A DNA stretch of 51,206 nucleotides from Euryarchaeota archaeon UBA495 (GCA_002496845.1 DALQ01000001.1:1-51206), one strand, 5' to 3'. Positions 17,010 to 26,772 are shown, counted from the stretch's first letter. The notes: generated by a model not told the origin, from the letters alone. Program-made: numbers and translations.

Positions 17010-20001
17010 CGTCGTCGATGTCCTCGAGGGCAAGCGACTCCAGCACTTCGGCGTGAAGTTTCACGTCGACCTCACCGGCACGGACGAGCGCGGAGAGTGT
17101 GTCAAGGACGATGCGGTCGGCGTCGATGCCGTAGAAGCGCCGGAGCGCTTCACGGGTGTCGGAGCGCCCGAATCCTTCGGTCCCCAGCACGTGGAAAGCG
17201 CCGCCGACCCACGGGCGAATCAGGTCGGGAATCGCCGCCATGTTGTCGCTGACGGCGACGGTCACCGGCACCTTGCCGTCCAACTTCTCGCTGACCCAAC
17301 TGGTACGTGGCTCCTCGCTGGGATGGCGGGCGTTCCACGCCTCGGCTTCCATCGCTTCACGTCGCAATTCACCGTAGGAGGTCGCTGACCAGACTTCGCA
17401 GGCCACCCCGAGTTCTCGGAGGCGTGCGGCCGCAGCCTCGGCCTGAGGCAGGATGGACCCGGAGCCAAGCAAGCGCACCAAGGGAGCCTCGTCGGCTTCA
17501 ATGCGATGCAGCCCTCGGAGGATGCCCTCGTCAGCGCCCTTGGCCTTGGCGGGCATGACGAAATTCTCGTTGTAGGCCGTGATGTAGTAGATGACGTCCT
17601 TCTCTTCGGCGTGCATCTCTTCCATGCCGCGCTGGATGATGGCGGCCATCTCGTAGGCGTAGGCAGGATCGTAGGCACGCACCGCCGGATTCGACATGGC
17701 GATGAGCAGCGAATGGCCGTCTTGGTGCTGGAGTCCTTCCCCATTCAGGGTCGTTCGCCCAGAGGTGGCGCCGATGAGGAAGCCGCGGCATCGGCTGTCG
17801 GCGGCGGACCACACCAGGTCGCCAATGCGCTGGAAGCCGAACATGGAGTAGTAGATGTAGAACGGCACCGTGGCCGTCATCTGGGTGGCATAGGACGTTC
17901 CGGACGCGATGAACGTCGACATGGCTCCGGCTTCGTTGATGCCTTCTTCGAGGATCTGCCCGGTCTTGCTCTCCTTGTACTTCATCAGGACCTTGTGGTC
18001 CACTGGTTTGTACAGCTGGCCGTCCGGTGCGTAGATCCCCAAGGCACTGAACAACGGGTCCATGCCGAAGGTTCGTGCTTCATCGGGCACGATGGGGACG
18101 ATGCGCTCACCGATGCCTTCCGCTCGAGTGAGGTTGCGCAAGAGGCGGACGAAGGCCATGGTCGTGCTGACGGACTGCTTGCCGCTGCCGTCGTCAAACT
18201 CCGCGTAGGCTTCCGCCGGCGGCAAGGGGACGCCGAGCGACGAGGTGCGTCGCTCGGGCAGGAAGCCGCCGAGGGCCTCACGGCGTTCGAGCATGTAGGC
18301 GACCTCGTCCGAGCGATCCTCGGGCATGATGTAGGGCAAGTCCTCCAAGTCCTCGTCGGTGAACGCCAGACCAATGGTGTCCCGCATGTAATGCAAGGCC
18401 GAATCGTCGGCCTTCTTCTTCCCGTGCGTCGCGTTCCGGCCGGCGAAGGTCGGTCCGAGCCCGTAGCCCTTGATGGAGCGAGCGAGAATGACCGTGGGCT
18501 GGCCCGTGTGGCTCACAGCGGCGTGGTACGCAGCATGAATCCGAACGGGGTCGTGGCCGCCGACGTCATCGGTCAACGCCTCCAAGTCGGCGTCTGACAT
18601 GTGCGCAACAAGGGCAGCGAGTTCGGGCGTGTTGAACAACTCGGCCCGGACAACGTCGCCAGAAGCGGTCATCAGACGCTGTTCGTCGCCGTCGGTCAGG
18701 GCAGACAGGCGGGCCGCGAGGGCTCCGGTGGCGTCCGCTGAGAAGAGCGGGTCCCACGAGCGGCCCCAGAGGCACTTGATGACGTTCCAACCCGCACCCG
18801 TGAAGCGCGCGGCCAATTCCTGCACGATCTTCGTGTTGCCGCGCACAGGGCCATCGAGGCGCTGGAGATTGCAGTTGATGACCATGGTGAGGTTGTCGAG
18901 GTGCTCACGGCTGGCCAGGGTCAACTCGGAGAGGGATTCGGGTTCGTCGGACTCTCCGTCGCCCATGAAGTACCACACACGGCTCTGGTCGGTGTCCACC
19001 AAGCCGCGGTCGTGCAGGTAGCGGTTGAACCGGGCCTGTCGGATGGCCGTCATGGCCCCAAGTCCCATGCTCACGGTGGGGTACTCCCAGTAATCCGGCA
19101 TCAAGCGAGGGTGAGGGTACGAGGATAGGCCGGTGGTGAAGGCTTCGCGGCGGAAGTGCTCGATGCGGTCGAAGTCGAAGCGCCCTTCCATCCATGCACG
19201 GGCGTACAAGCCGGGGCTGGCGTGGCCCTGCCAGTACACGTGATCGCCGTTTCCATCCCCGTCTTTGCCGCGGAACATGTGGTTCAGACCGACCTCCCAA
19301 AGGGTGGCGATGCTGGCGTAGGTGGAAATGTGCCCCCCAAGGCCCTCAAAGTGCTTGTTGGCACGAGTGACCATCATCATCGCGTTCCACCGAAGCGTGT
19401 CGCGGATGCGGGCTTCCATGTCAAGGTCGCCGGGATAGGCGGGTTCATCCTCAGGCGAGAGGGTGTTGAGGTAGGGCGACTGGGTCAGGTGTCCGACGTC
19501 CACGCCGGCTTGACGGGCGGCCGTTACGGTCGCATCGAGCACCTCATGGGCGCGTTCTGCGCCCTTGCGCTCGTGGACGGCGAGGATGGATTCGGTCCAT
19601 TCGACGATTTCCTCGGGATCATCCGTGGTGGTGGCCCATGCGCCGGGCACGGCGGAGGCCACCGGCGGCGCGGGAGCAGGTTCAGCCGCAACTGGGGCGG
19701 GTGCAGGAGGGGTGTCCTCCTGAGGTTCGGAAGAAGCGGCGGAGCTGCCGTCGCCGTCCCCGTCGATTTCGAATTGGGCACAGACTTCCCCAACTGGAAG
19801 GATATCGCCCACGTCACCGCTGAGGTGGGTAACCGTCCCGGTCACGGGTGATGGAATCTCGACGGTCGCCTTGTCCGTCATCACGGAAAGCAGCGGCTGA
19901 TCTTCGACGATGGCGTCACCGACGGCCACGAACCATTCGACGACCTCGCCTTCAACAACGCCTTCTCCAATGTCGGGCAGACGGAAGGAATGGAGGCCCA
20001 T
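16996..20001 (-). CDS. aceE: pyruvate dehydrogenase E1 component, homodimeric AceE type, with an N-terminal lipoyl domain and Ala/Pro linker
   Basis: aa 1-80 form a lipoyl domain (LPDIGEGVVEGEVVEWFV...SVMTDKATVEIPSP). aa 81-123 form the linker PPAPAPVAAEPAPAPPVA. The rest is collinear with E. coli AceE (RIRDTLRWNAMMMV, NCNLQRLDGPVRGN, FYIYYSMFGFQRIGD, GRTTLNGEGLQHQDGHS, LGTEGFGRSD). Confidence 0.9.
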   Translation of the reverse strand: MGLHSFRLPDIGEGVVEGEVVEWFVAVGDAIVEDQPLLSVMTDKATVEIPSPVTGTVTHLSGDVGDILPVGEVCAQFEIDGDGDGSSAASSEPQEDTPPAPAPVAAEPAPAPPVASAVPGAWATTTDDPEEIVEWTESILAVHERKGAERAHEVLDATVTAARQAGVDVGHLTQSPYLNTLSPEDEPAYPGDLDMEARIRDTLRWNAMMMVTRANKHFEGLGGHISTYASIATLWEVGLNHMFRGKDGDGNGDHVYWQGHASPGLYARAWMEGRFDFDRIEHFRREAFTTGLSSYPHPRLMPDYWEYPTVSMGLGAMTAIRQARFNRYLHDRGLVDTDQSRVWYFMGDGESDEPESLSELTLASREHLDNLTMVINCNLQRLDGPVRGNTKIVQELAARFTGAGWNVIKCLWGRSWDPLFSADATGALAARLSALTDGDEQRLMTASGDVVRAELFNTPELAALVAHMSDADLEALTDDVGGHDPVRIHAAYHAAVSHTGQPTVILARSIKGYGLGPTFAGRNATHGKKKADDSALHYMRDTIGLAFTDEDLEDLPYIMPEDRSDEVAYMLERREALGGFLPERRTSSLGVPLPPAEAYAEFDDGSGKQSVSTTMAFVRLLRNLTRAEGIGERIVPIVPDEARTFGMDPLFSALGIYAPDGQLYKPVDHKVLMKYKESKTGQILEEGINEAGAMSTFIASGTSYATQMTATVPFYIYYSMFGFQRIGDLVWSAADSRCRGFLIGATSGRTTLNGEGLQHQDGHSLLIAMSNPAVRAYDPAYAYEMAAIIQRGMEEMHAEEKDVIYYITAYNENFVMPAKAKGADEGILRGLHRIEADEAPLVRLLGSGSILPQAEAAAARLRELGVACEVWSATSYGELRREAMEAEAWNARHPSEEPRTSWVSEKLDGKVPVTVAVSDNMAAIPDLIRPWVGGAFHVLGTEGFGRSDTREALRRFYGIDADRIVLDTLSALVRAGEVDVKLHAEVLESLALEDIDDVTSI

Positions 20002-20051
20002 GGTGGTCCCTCACCCCACATTGGGGCGGTTGGGCCTCCGTCGGCCTCCCT

Positions 20052-21560
20052 TTAGGGGTTCGCCTCGGGCACGAGAATGCGCCACGTGCCTCCGCCGTTC
20101 ATCCAAGGAGCGGTTCCGACATCGGCTTCCTCCCATCCCTCGAGCGTCACGTCGAGGTCGGGGGCAACCACGATGACCGACACTTGGGACAAATCGCCAC
20201 GGTCGGGCAAGGTGGTGCCGTTCAGCAGTTCGTCCTGCCAACCGGCCTCCGGCGCCCGCCAGTGCCCAACGAGCCCTTCTGGCCCCTCCTCGGAAAGGAC
20301 AGGATGCATGCTGTAGAGCCAATGCACCGCCAACGTCGGATCGTGAATCAGCAGCACATCGTCGCCCTCTTCGAGGTGCGAAAGCGCCGCCTCAGCCGCA
20401 TCGTCGGTCCACAAGGTCTGGCCGTGTGCGGCGGCGAGCAGCGCGAGGGGAAGCACGATCACGAAGGCACGGTGAAGCCGTTCAGTGGGAAAAGGCGCAT
20501 CGCCGCGAAGGTGCACGGCCAACCACACCGAAGCAGGAAGAAGCACCATGCCATGGCGGCCGTTGTTTCCGAGGACCACCATCGTCTTCCACCATGCGAG
20601 GTCCCATGCCTGGCCTTCGACGGCCCAGAGGGCCGCGACGTACGCCGAAAGAAGACCAACGAGGATCCCAACCGCCACGAACAGCCCGGGAGCCTCGCGG
20701 GTTGATTTCAGGCCTGTTGCGTCACGCTCAAGGAAGGCCCAGAGGCCCGCGCCCAGCAGGAGGTACAGCCCGAGCACATCGAACACAGCGAAGGGCAAGA
20801 AGGTCCACCACCACCATTCCCCTCGGACGTCGCTGACGCTTCCCACACCAAGCACGCCCGCTGCAAGGAGGCCAAGCACCACGGTGACCAAGAGACCACG
20901 GCGAAGGTCCATCTGGGCGGGAGCGAGGGCCTTTGCTGGCACCACACCAAGCGGGTCGCACCATCCGATGAGCACCACCGCCCAGCCTCCGGCCAACCAC
21001 GGACTCAGGCCTTTGAGCGCGAGAAGGGCGGCTGCAGCGGCCGTGCTGATGGACACGACGAGGACCATGGACGGCAAGGAAGGACGACCGGCGTCGGGCT
21101 TGATCTGCGCGAACAGCCGCGGATGGAACGGCGTCAAGAGCATCACGCCCCCAAGCAAGGCACCCAAGGGTTCGCTGTACCCGCGCCCCACGGCGAACAG
21201 CATGCCTGGATGCAGCAGGGCGATGGAGGCCAACCACGGTGACCATGCTGCTTCTGGGTCGCGCCAGCTTGGCAGGCTGCCCAGGGTCCACGCCAGCACC
21301 GCCAGGCACGCCACCCCGACCAAACGCACGCCAAAGACACCAAGTCCGAGCGGGTCAATCCATGCCGCTTGCGTCAGGGATGTGCTGCTGTCGGGGTCGC
21401 TGGCCAACGGGTCAACGGTTCTTGCCGAGCCCCACGGAGCTTGGCCGTCTTCATCGACGGAAAGCAAGAGGGTGGTGTCCAAGCCGGGCGCATTGCTCAG
21501 CAACGCAACGATGACGAGCGCCATCCCCGCGACGAGCCACAGGCGGCCTCGCTGCTCCAC
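20052..21560 (-). CDS. polytopic integral membrane protein with C-terminal soluble domain (function unknown; GT-C-like topology is a guess)
   Basis: About 10 or more hydrophobic segments and a WWWW run (GEWWWWTFLPF). The last ~130 aa are hydrophilic. It lies 50 bp upstream of aceE on the same strand. Confidence 0.6.
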   Translation of the reverse strand: MEQRGRLWLVAGMALVIVALLSNAPGLDTTLLLSVDEDGQAPWGSARTVDPLASDPDSSTSLTQAAWIDPLGLGVFGVRLVGVACLAVLAWTLGSLPSWRDPEAAWSPWLASIALLHPGMLFAVGRGYSEPLGALLGGVMLLTPFHPRLFAQIKPDAGRPSLPSMVLVVSISTAAAAALLALKGLSPWLAGGWAVVLIGWCDPLGVVPAKALAPAQMDLRRGLLVTVVLGLLAAGVLGVGSVSDVRGEWWWWTFLPFAVFDVLGLYLLLGAGLWAFLERDATGLKSTREAPGLFVAVGILVGLLSAYVAALWAVEGQAWDLAWWKTMVVLGNNGRHGMVLLPASVWLAVHLRGDAPFPTERLHRAFVIVLPLALLAAAHGQTLWTDDAAEAALSHLEEGDDVLLIHDPTLAVHWLYSMHPVLSEEGPEGLVGHWRAPEAGWQDELLNGTTLPDRGDLSQVSVIVVAPDLDVTLEGWEEADVGTAPWMNGGGTWRILVPEANP

Positions 21561-21648
21561 GCCCCGTGGCCGCCTTCGGTTCGCTTGACGGTTGGGGTCC
21601 GCACGGTGCTCAGCGAGCCTTCATGCGCCCTCGGCTCAAGGTGCGGCC

Positions 21649-22686
21649 ATGTTCCGACCCCTCGAAGGCGTGCGCGTCCTCGACTTGTCCCGTGTTTTGG
21701 CAGGGCCGTATGCGGCCAAATTGCTGCAGGACCTTGGCGCCAATGTGCTGCGTGTGGAAGCCCCATGGGGCGACGACACGCGAGGTTGGGGGCCTCCCTT
21801 CACCGAGGTGAACGGCGAGGAAGTCGCGGCCTACTGGACTTCGGTGAACCTCGGCAAGCAAGTCATCCGCAGGGACCTGCGGAAGGAGGAGGACCTCGAG
21901 GACGTCCGCAGTTTGGTGGCGAACGCGGACGTCATCCTCGAAAATTTCCGCCCAGGACGCGCCGATGCATGGTTCGCGCCGTGGCCTGAGCGCGCGGTGG
22001 TCTGCAGCATCACGGCCTACGGCAACGACGGTCCGCGCCGTGACGAAGGCGGATACGATCTCGCCATGCAAGCGCGCAGCGGCCTGATGGGCATCACAGG
22101 CGACACAGAAGGTGGACCCGCAAAGGTCGGCGTGGCGGTCATCGACGTCGCCACTGGGCTGCACGCCGGTGCCGCCGTGCTCGCCGCCTTGTTCCGTCGG
22201 GAACGCGAAGGCGTCGGTTCACGGCTGACCTTGTCGCTGTGGGATTGCGCCCTTGACCTGCTGATCAATCAGGCACAGAACGCCTTGGTGGGTGGCTCGA
22301 ATCCGGGCCGGATGGGCACCGCGCATCCCAACCTCGTCCCGTATCGGGCCTTCCAGGCTGCGGACGGAGACGTGGCCATCGCGGTCGGTTCAGACGCCCA
22401 ATGGGCGAAACTGGTGGCGGCGCTTGAGGTGACCCTGCCCGAAGGGGCCGATTGGGCCACCAATCCGGGCCGCGTCACCGACCGAGAACGTGTCGAGGCC
22501 TGCGTGGCTCAAGCCGTGGCGCACCTCACGCGGGCCGAGGTCGAATCACGCTTGGTCGGCGTGCCTTGTGCGCCGGTCAACCGCATCCTTGAGGCGATGG
22601 ACGATGCGCAAGCCAAAGCCACCGGAGCGCGCATCGAGACCGAGGGCGTGCCGCACGTGGCCAGTCCGCACCGCTTTCACGTCTGA
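21649..22686 (+). CDS. family III CoA-transferase (CaiB/BaiF family)
   Basis: MFRPLEGVRVLDLSRVLAGPYAAKLLQDLGANVLRVE, VILENFRPG, AYDLAMQARSGLM-like region. Start set at ATG 21649. Confidence 0.85.
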   Translation: MFRPLEGVRVLDLSRVLAGPYAAKLLQDLGANVLRVEAPWGDDTRGWGPPFTEVNGEEVAAYWTSVNLGKQVIRRDLRKEEDLEDVRSLVANADVILENFRPGRADAWFAPWPERAVVCSITAYGNDGPRRDEGGYDLAMQARSGLMGITGDTEGGPAKVGVAVIDVATGLHAGAAVLAALFRREREGVGSRLTLSLWDCALDLLINQAQNALVGGSNPGRMGTAHPNLVPYRAFQAADGDVAIAVGSDAQWAKLVAALEVTLPEGADWATNPGRVTDRERVEACVAQAVAHLTRAEVESRLVGVPCAPVNRILEAMDDAQAKATGARIETEGVPHVASPHRFHV

Positions 22687-23511
22687 TCAAATCTGCAACA
22701 CGCCAAGCAGCGAGCCATAGCCGACCAGCATCAGGAAGGGCGTGTCCCAAGCGTGCGGCGAATAGGCCTCGGTCAAGGTCATGGCGATGGGGATCACGAG
22801 CAAACCGGTGACGAGTTGCGGCGTGGTCAGGTACGTGGCGTGCATCAGCAGCACCACCACGCCGGTGAGCAGCACGCACGCGCTGCCTTCGAGGGTGCGG
22901 GTGAACCGCTGTGATGTGAACAAGGCGCGCACGCTGTATTCACGCTTGCCAAAGCGCACACCTACGGGCTCGGCCAGACCATCGCCGACGATGTTGATGA
23001 GGATGGGCACCGTGACCAAGGCCTCGTACCCGAGATGACCAAACCACCAGATCATGGGGACCATGACGGCAAAGCCGACCGCGTATTGCGTCCACAGCCA
23101 GAGCAACGTGTGAGGTCGGTCTTCCGGACGGTCGAAGCCGTCGAACATCAACTGAAACACCGGGACCTTTGAGCGGACACGCTCAAGAAAAATCCCCAGG
23201 AAACAAAGGGTGCCCACGGCGCTGACGCTGAGGTACACCACGTCAGTGAAGGTTTCAGTAGCCAGTTGCTGATCGATGAACACGGGGATGAAGAAGATCG
23301 CGAAATGGTTGATTTTTCGCGTGTAGTTGACCTTCATGCCGCGGCGTGCAAGCACGCCAGAAATCAGGAGAACGGCCACCAAACCGACGACTTTTGCGGC
23401 ACTGGCCAAGGCCGTTGAGTCTGAAGCCATGCCACAAGGTGGTGCTTTGACGCCATAAGGGTGGCTCCAAATCACCGGCTGATGGACAGGAACCGGTTCG
23501 TTCATGAACAC
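22687..23511 (-). CDS. CTP-dependent polyprenol kinase-like membrane protein (dolichol/phytol kinase, CTP_transf_1 family)
   Basis: Multi-TM protein with NIVGDGLAEPVGVRFGKREY, the GD..A...G..FGK signature of dolichol/phytol kinases and CdsA relatives. Its stop abuts the CoA-transferase stop with no spacer. Confidence 0.6.
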   Translation of the reverse strand: MFMNEPVPVHQPVIWSHPYGVKAPPCGMASDSTALASAAKVVGLVAVLLISGVLARRGMKVNYTRKINHFAIFFIPVFIDQQLATETFTDVVYLSVSAVGTLCFLGIFLERVRSKVPVFQLMFDGFDRPEDRPHTLLWLWTQYAVGFAVMVPMIWWFGHLGYEALVTVPILINIVGDGLAEPVGVRFGKREYSVRALFTSQRFTRTLEGSACVLLTGVVVLLMHATYLTTPQLVTGLLVIPIAMTLTEAYSPHAWDTPFLMLVGYGSLLGVLQI

Positions 23512-24172
23512 GTCCGGCCGTCATTCATTCATGGCTGGAGGCCAAGGATTTGCTTTGGCTGGACTGCTTACGGTGCTGCCGACGCCGTGGTTGGCCGTGA
23601 ACATCGTCTTCGCAGCGGTCCTTTTCGCCGTCCCTGGGATGATGGTCTGGCTTGATCGACGCGGGCGGATGCCCACGGCGTTGCCTTGGGTTCAACTTCT
23701 CCTCATCACGCCTCTGTTGGCCTATGCCACGTTGATGATTACCTTCCAGCCCAACAGCTACTGCAACACCATCTTGCCCCATGAAGACTTTCGAGGATTT
23801 TACGTTCTTTTCTTGCCCTTCTTGCCGCTTTTGGCCCACATGCTCGGATCAGAAAAGGTGGGCCAGCCGTGGCTGTTTGGATGCATCCTCACGCTCTCCT
23901 TGCTGTTCGTGTTTGACCTGACGGTGGCTTACGAAGTGCTGCACATGGTGTACCAGAACCAAGCAGGTGAGGGCGTGGTGTACTCGGGCGCACGAGCATG
24001 GGAATGCAACCACTTCAACGGTGAATCCATGCAGGTGGCCTTCCGAGCCAAGTGGCGAGCCAACCAAATCTTCCTGGTGCTGATGCCTGTGTTGCTGGTC
24101 GGAGCACGCCTTGTGCAACGATGGCGACGTGACGCAGAGAACGAGGTTCAGAAGGAGAACAACGAGGTCTGA
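23504..24172 (+). CDS. hypothetical membrane protein
   Basis: About 6 hydrophobic segments, no recognisable motif. The 3' end overlaps the fen 3' end by 25 bp. Alternative start at 23531. Confidence 0.5.
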   Translation: MNTSGRHSFMAGGQGFALAGLLTVLPTPWLAVNIVFAAVLFAVPGMMVWLDRRGRMPTALPWVQLLLITPLLAYATLMITFQPNSYCNTILPHEDFRGFYVLFLPFLPLLAHMLGSEKVGQPWLFGCILTLSLLFVFDLTVAYEVLHMVYQNQAGEGVVYSGARAWECNHFNGESMQVAFRAKWRANQIFLVLMPVLLVGARLVQRWRRDAENEVQKENNEV

Positions 24173-25173
24173 CCGCCGCCGAGGCGCCCTCCGTTCTCCA
24201 ACTTCTCGAAGGCCTCGTCCATGCGGCGTTGGCTGAAGGCGCGTTCCGCCTGCAGGTACTGCTTCAATCCGGCCACGTCCACCGGCTTGAGGACCAGTTG
24301 ATCCGGTTCCGTCGGGGTGGATGGATGGTCGTGGAAAATGGCTCGAACCTCGGCGATGTTGTCGGGCACATCAACGCCTTTGGCCTCGCACACGCCCTCC
24401 AAGGTGCCGTGTTTGTGAAGCAGTTTGAGGCCGGTTTTGGGCCCTACGCCACGGATGCCAGGGTGGAAATCCGTTCCAATCATGATGCCAAGATCGACCA
24501 GTTGTTCTTGGGTCAAATCAAGTTCTTCCCGCATTGCATCAAGGTTAATTCGCTCTGCATAAACGGTCCTCCCGTAGCGCTTCGTTCCGTCTGCCATCAG
24601 GTTTCGAACGAGAATGGGTGAGCCGTAGAGCAGGGCATCCCAATCTTGGGTGGCCACCACGTCGAGGTGCCCACGTTGGGCCATGACGGCCGCTTGGGCC
24701 TCCCCTTCGGCCGCGGCATCGACCCACGGCACGCCAAGGAGATCCAGCATGTCCTTCGTTTCCTGCACCATCTCCGGAGAGTAGTGCATGATGCGCGCAG
24801 CCAGTTTCTGTGCCAAGCGGTGATCTCCGGCGGCGCGTGCTGCAGCATACTGCTCCTCGGACTCCTGACGGCGTTCCCGCCGGGCGGCCAGTTCGTCGGC
24901 CTTCAACGCAGGAGAATCTCCGTCAAACACGTACACGGGGATGATGCGGTGCTCGAGAAGCGCGCACGTGCGCTGCAAGAAGCCCATCAGGTGGGCCACA
25001 TAGCGCCCGTCTGGCGCCCGAAGCGGCATGCCGTCGCCTTCTGGTGAACGGTCCCTCATGGTGGTGAGGAATTGGAAGGCCGTGAGAAAGGCATCAATCC
25101 CGACCCGCTTGCCCGCCAGGTCCGGAAGTCGAACGCGCTCGCTGACGGCGAGGTCCTTCAGGTTGCAGCCCAT
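24148..25173 (-). CDS. fen: flap endonuclease 1
   Basis: MGCNLKDLAVSERVRLPDLAGKRVGIDAFLTAFQFLTTMRD...IPVYVFDGDSPALK, GEAQAA, DWDALLYG, H3TH region GIRGVGPKTGLKL. The track ORF start at 25554 is an unsupported 127-aa extension. Confidence 0.9.
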   Translation of the reverse strand: MGCNLKDLAVSERVRLPDLAGKRVGIDAFLTAFQFLTTMRDRSPEGDGMPLRAPDGRYVAHLMGFLQRTCALLEHRIIPVYVFDGDSPALKADELAARRERRQESEEQYAAARAAGDHRLAQKLAARIMHYSPEMVQETKDMLDLLGVPWVDAAAEGEAQAAVMAQRGHLDVVATQDWDALLYGSPILVRNLMADGTKRYGRTVYAERINLDAMREELDLTQEQLVDLGIMIGTDFHPGIRGVGPKTGLKLLHKHGTLEGVCEAKGVDVPDNIAEVRAIFHDHPSTPTEPDQLVLKPVDVAGLKQYLQAERAFSQRRMDEAFEKLENGGRLGGGQTSLFSF

Positions 25174-25251
25174 GCGATGCCCTCCGTCACCACCCTTTGT
25201 GGTTCTTCGCCCCGCCGACAAGGCGTTGAATCCACGGCCCTTCGGAGGAGC

Positions 25252-26364
25252 ATGGCGGGGGCGACGTGCGTGCTTGCCTTGCGCGGCGAGGTCACGGCCC
25301 TCGCGTTGGCTGAAGCGGAGGCCCTCGGCTTCCAGACGGACGTCCGGCACGGTCGATTGGCCCTTGGCCATCGTACGGACGACCTTGGCGTGGCTGCAGG
25401 CATCTACGCGGTGTTGGACGGCGGAGATATCCACGCATGGACGTCCAACGAAGCCTTTGTGGCGTCCGTGGTGGAACGATGGGAGCCGCCGAAGGGGCGC
25501 GTCTGCGTCCGGGTTGAACGCCTTGGTGGCCGCATGAAAGACTCCTCCACCCAAACCATTGCCCGCAGCCTAGGCGGACACCTCTCCGACATGGCGTGCG
25601 TGATCGACCTCGACCGTCCAGAACACGTGCTTCGTGTCGTTCTTGACGCCACGTCGCATCACGTGGGATGGGGATGGGACGTGCCCCGTACCACCCGGGA
25701 AGGCGTGGGCGCACGCCGTGCAGGAGAGCGCCCGTTCTTCCGCCCCGTCAGCCTCGACCCATACCTTGCCCGGACGGCGGTCAACCTCGCCAACGGCTCA
25801 CGCGGGGGCGTCTTGCTTGACGCCATGACCGGCACGGGTGGTTTCCTCATCGAAGGCGCCCTGACAGGGCAAGAAACCGTGGGCATGGACCTGGACCCAA
25901 CGATGGTGGACGGGGCCAAGGCCAACCTCGAATGGGCCGTGGACGGGCGAGCACACCGTGCCTCAGTCGTCCTTGGTGACGCCACCGCCCTTGCCTCTTC
26001 CTTGCCTGCCTCAGCCCGAGGGCGCATCACGGGGCTCGTCCTCGACCCTCCCTACGGTCGGAATTCACACGGCTCCCACGGACCGTGGGATTTGTTGGCT
26101 CGGGTGTTGGCCAGCACCACGGAAGTGGCGAGCCCGGAAGGGGCAGATTGCTGCCTCATCCTCCCCATCGCGCCGATCACCACAGCAGACGATGGCGTGG
26201 TGCATGACTCCACCAAGGTGGAACCGCTCCACGGTTCATGGGAAGACGTGGTGGCCCTGTTCGAGGCCTCTGCGTGGAGCTTGCGACCTGAACGGTGGTC
26301 GGTGCGCGTTCATGGGAGCCTTGCGCGGCTCATCCTCCACGCAACATGCGCTCCTCCAAGTTGA
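25252..26364 (+). CDS. THUMP-domain tRNA (guanine-N2)-methyltransferase, archaeal Trm11-like
   Basis: LLDAMTGTGGFLIEGAL (SAM motif I) and GLVLDPPYGRN (DPPY catalytic motif). GGAGGAG lies just before ATG 25252. Divergent from fen. Confidence 0.75.
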   Translation: MAGATCVLALRGEVTALALAEAEALGFQTDVRHGRLALGHRTDDLGVAAGIYAVLDGGDIHAWTSNEAFVASVVERWEPPKGRVCVRVERLGGRMKDSSTQTIARSLGGHLSDMACVIDLDRPEHVLRVVLDATSHHVGWGWDVPRTTREGVGARRAGERPFFRPVSLDPYLARTAVNLANGSRGGVLLDAMTGTGGFLIEGALTGQETVGMDLDPTMVDGAKANLEWAVDGRAHRASVVLGDATALASSLPASARGRITGLVLDPPYGRNSHGSHGPWDLLARVLASTTEVASPEGADCCLILPIAPITTADDGVVHDSTKVEPLHGSWEDVVALFEASAWSLRPERWSVRVHGSLARLILHATCAPPS

Positions 26365-26737
26365 GAAGCACCATTGCGTCGTCTTCGCTCGGCGGTTCGA
26401 AGCCGTCCGGGTGAGGGCACTCTTCGTCCACCACGGCGTGGTCCTCGTCGTTGAGCACCACCGGGTACATCCGGCACCCCTTGGGTCGGAATTCGTAGAT
26501 GCTGCACAGGCCCGATGCATCAGGCTCAGCAGAGTCCGTCAACAGGAAGGTGCAGGCGCGTGTCGAGGCTTCGTTGAGGAGCGTCAGCACGCCTTGGTCG
26601 TTTTCCCACGTGAACGCCGCGAGGTCCTTCCCGGTGCGGCGGGCGATCTTGGCGGCCTCTTCGCGTGTCAACGGCATCGTCGTGTCCCGGCAACACCGCG
26701 AACACGACGCGGTCACGCACGCCAATCGGAAGGCCAC
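26330..26737 (-). CDS. YkgJ-family cysteine-cluster protein (CxxCxxCC, UPF0153)
   Basis: CVTASCSRCC near the N-terminus and CSIYEFRPKGCRMYP, both typical of PF03692-type proteins. Overlaps the Trm11-like 3' end by 35 bp. Confidence 0.75.
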   Translation of the reverse strand: MAFRLACVTASCSRCCRDTTMPLTREEAAKIARRTGKDLAAFTWENDQGVLTLLNEASTRACTFLLTDSAEPDASGLCSIYEFRPKGCRMYPVVLNDEDHAVVDEECPHPDGFEPPSEDDAMVLLNLEERMLRGG

Positions 26738-26759
26738 GTGGGCAGCCTTGCACCCTCCT

Positions 26760-26772
26760 TCTTCAAGAGGGG
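26760..26772 (+). promoter_or_regulatory. putative promoter element upstream of tRNA-Arg
   Basis: TCTTCAAGAGGGG is centred ~29 nt upstream of tRNA position 1. It resembles the coding-strand element TTCTTCAAATAGGGG upstream of the uS13 operon. Confidence 0.25.

Noticed and set aside
20041-20060. CTAAAG (minus strand) upstream of aceE as a TATA box
   Set aside because: The A/T stretch is simply the TAA stop codon of the upstream membrane-protein gene. There is no independent support.
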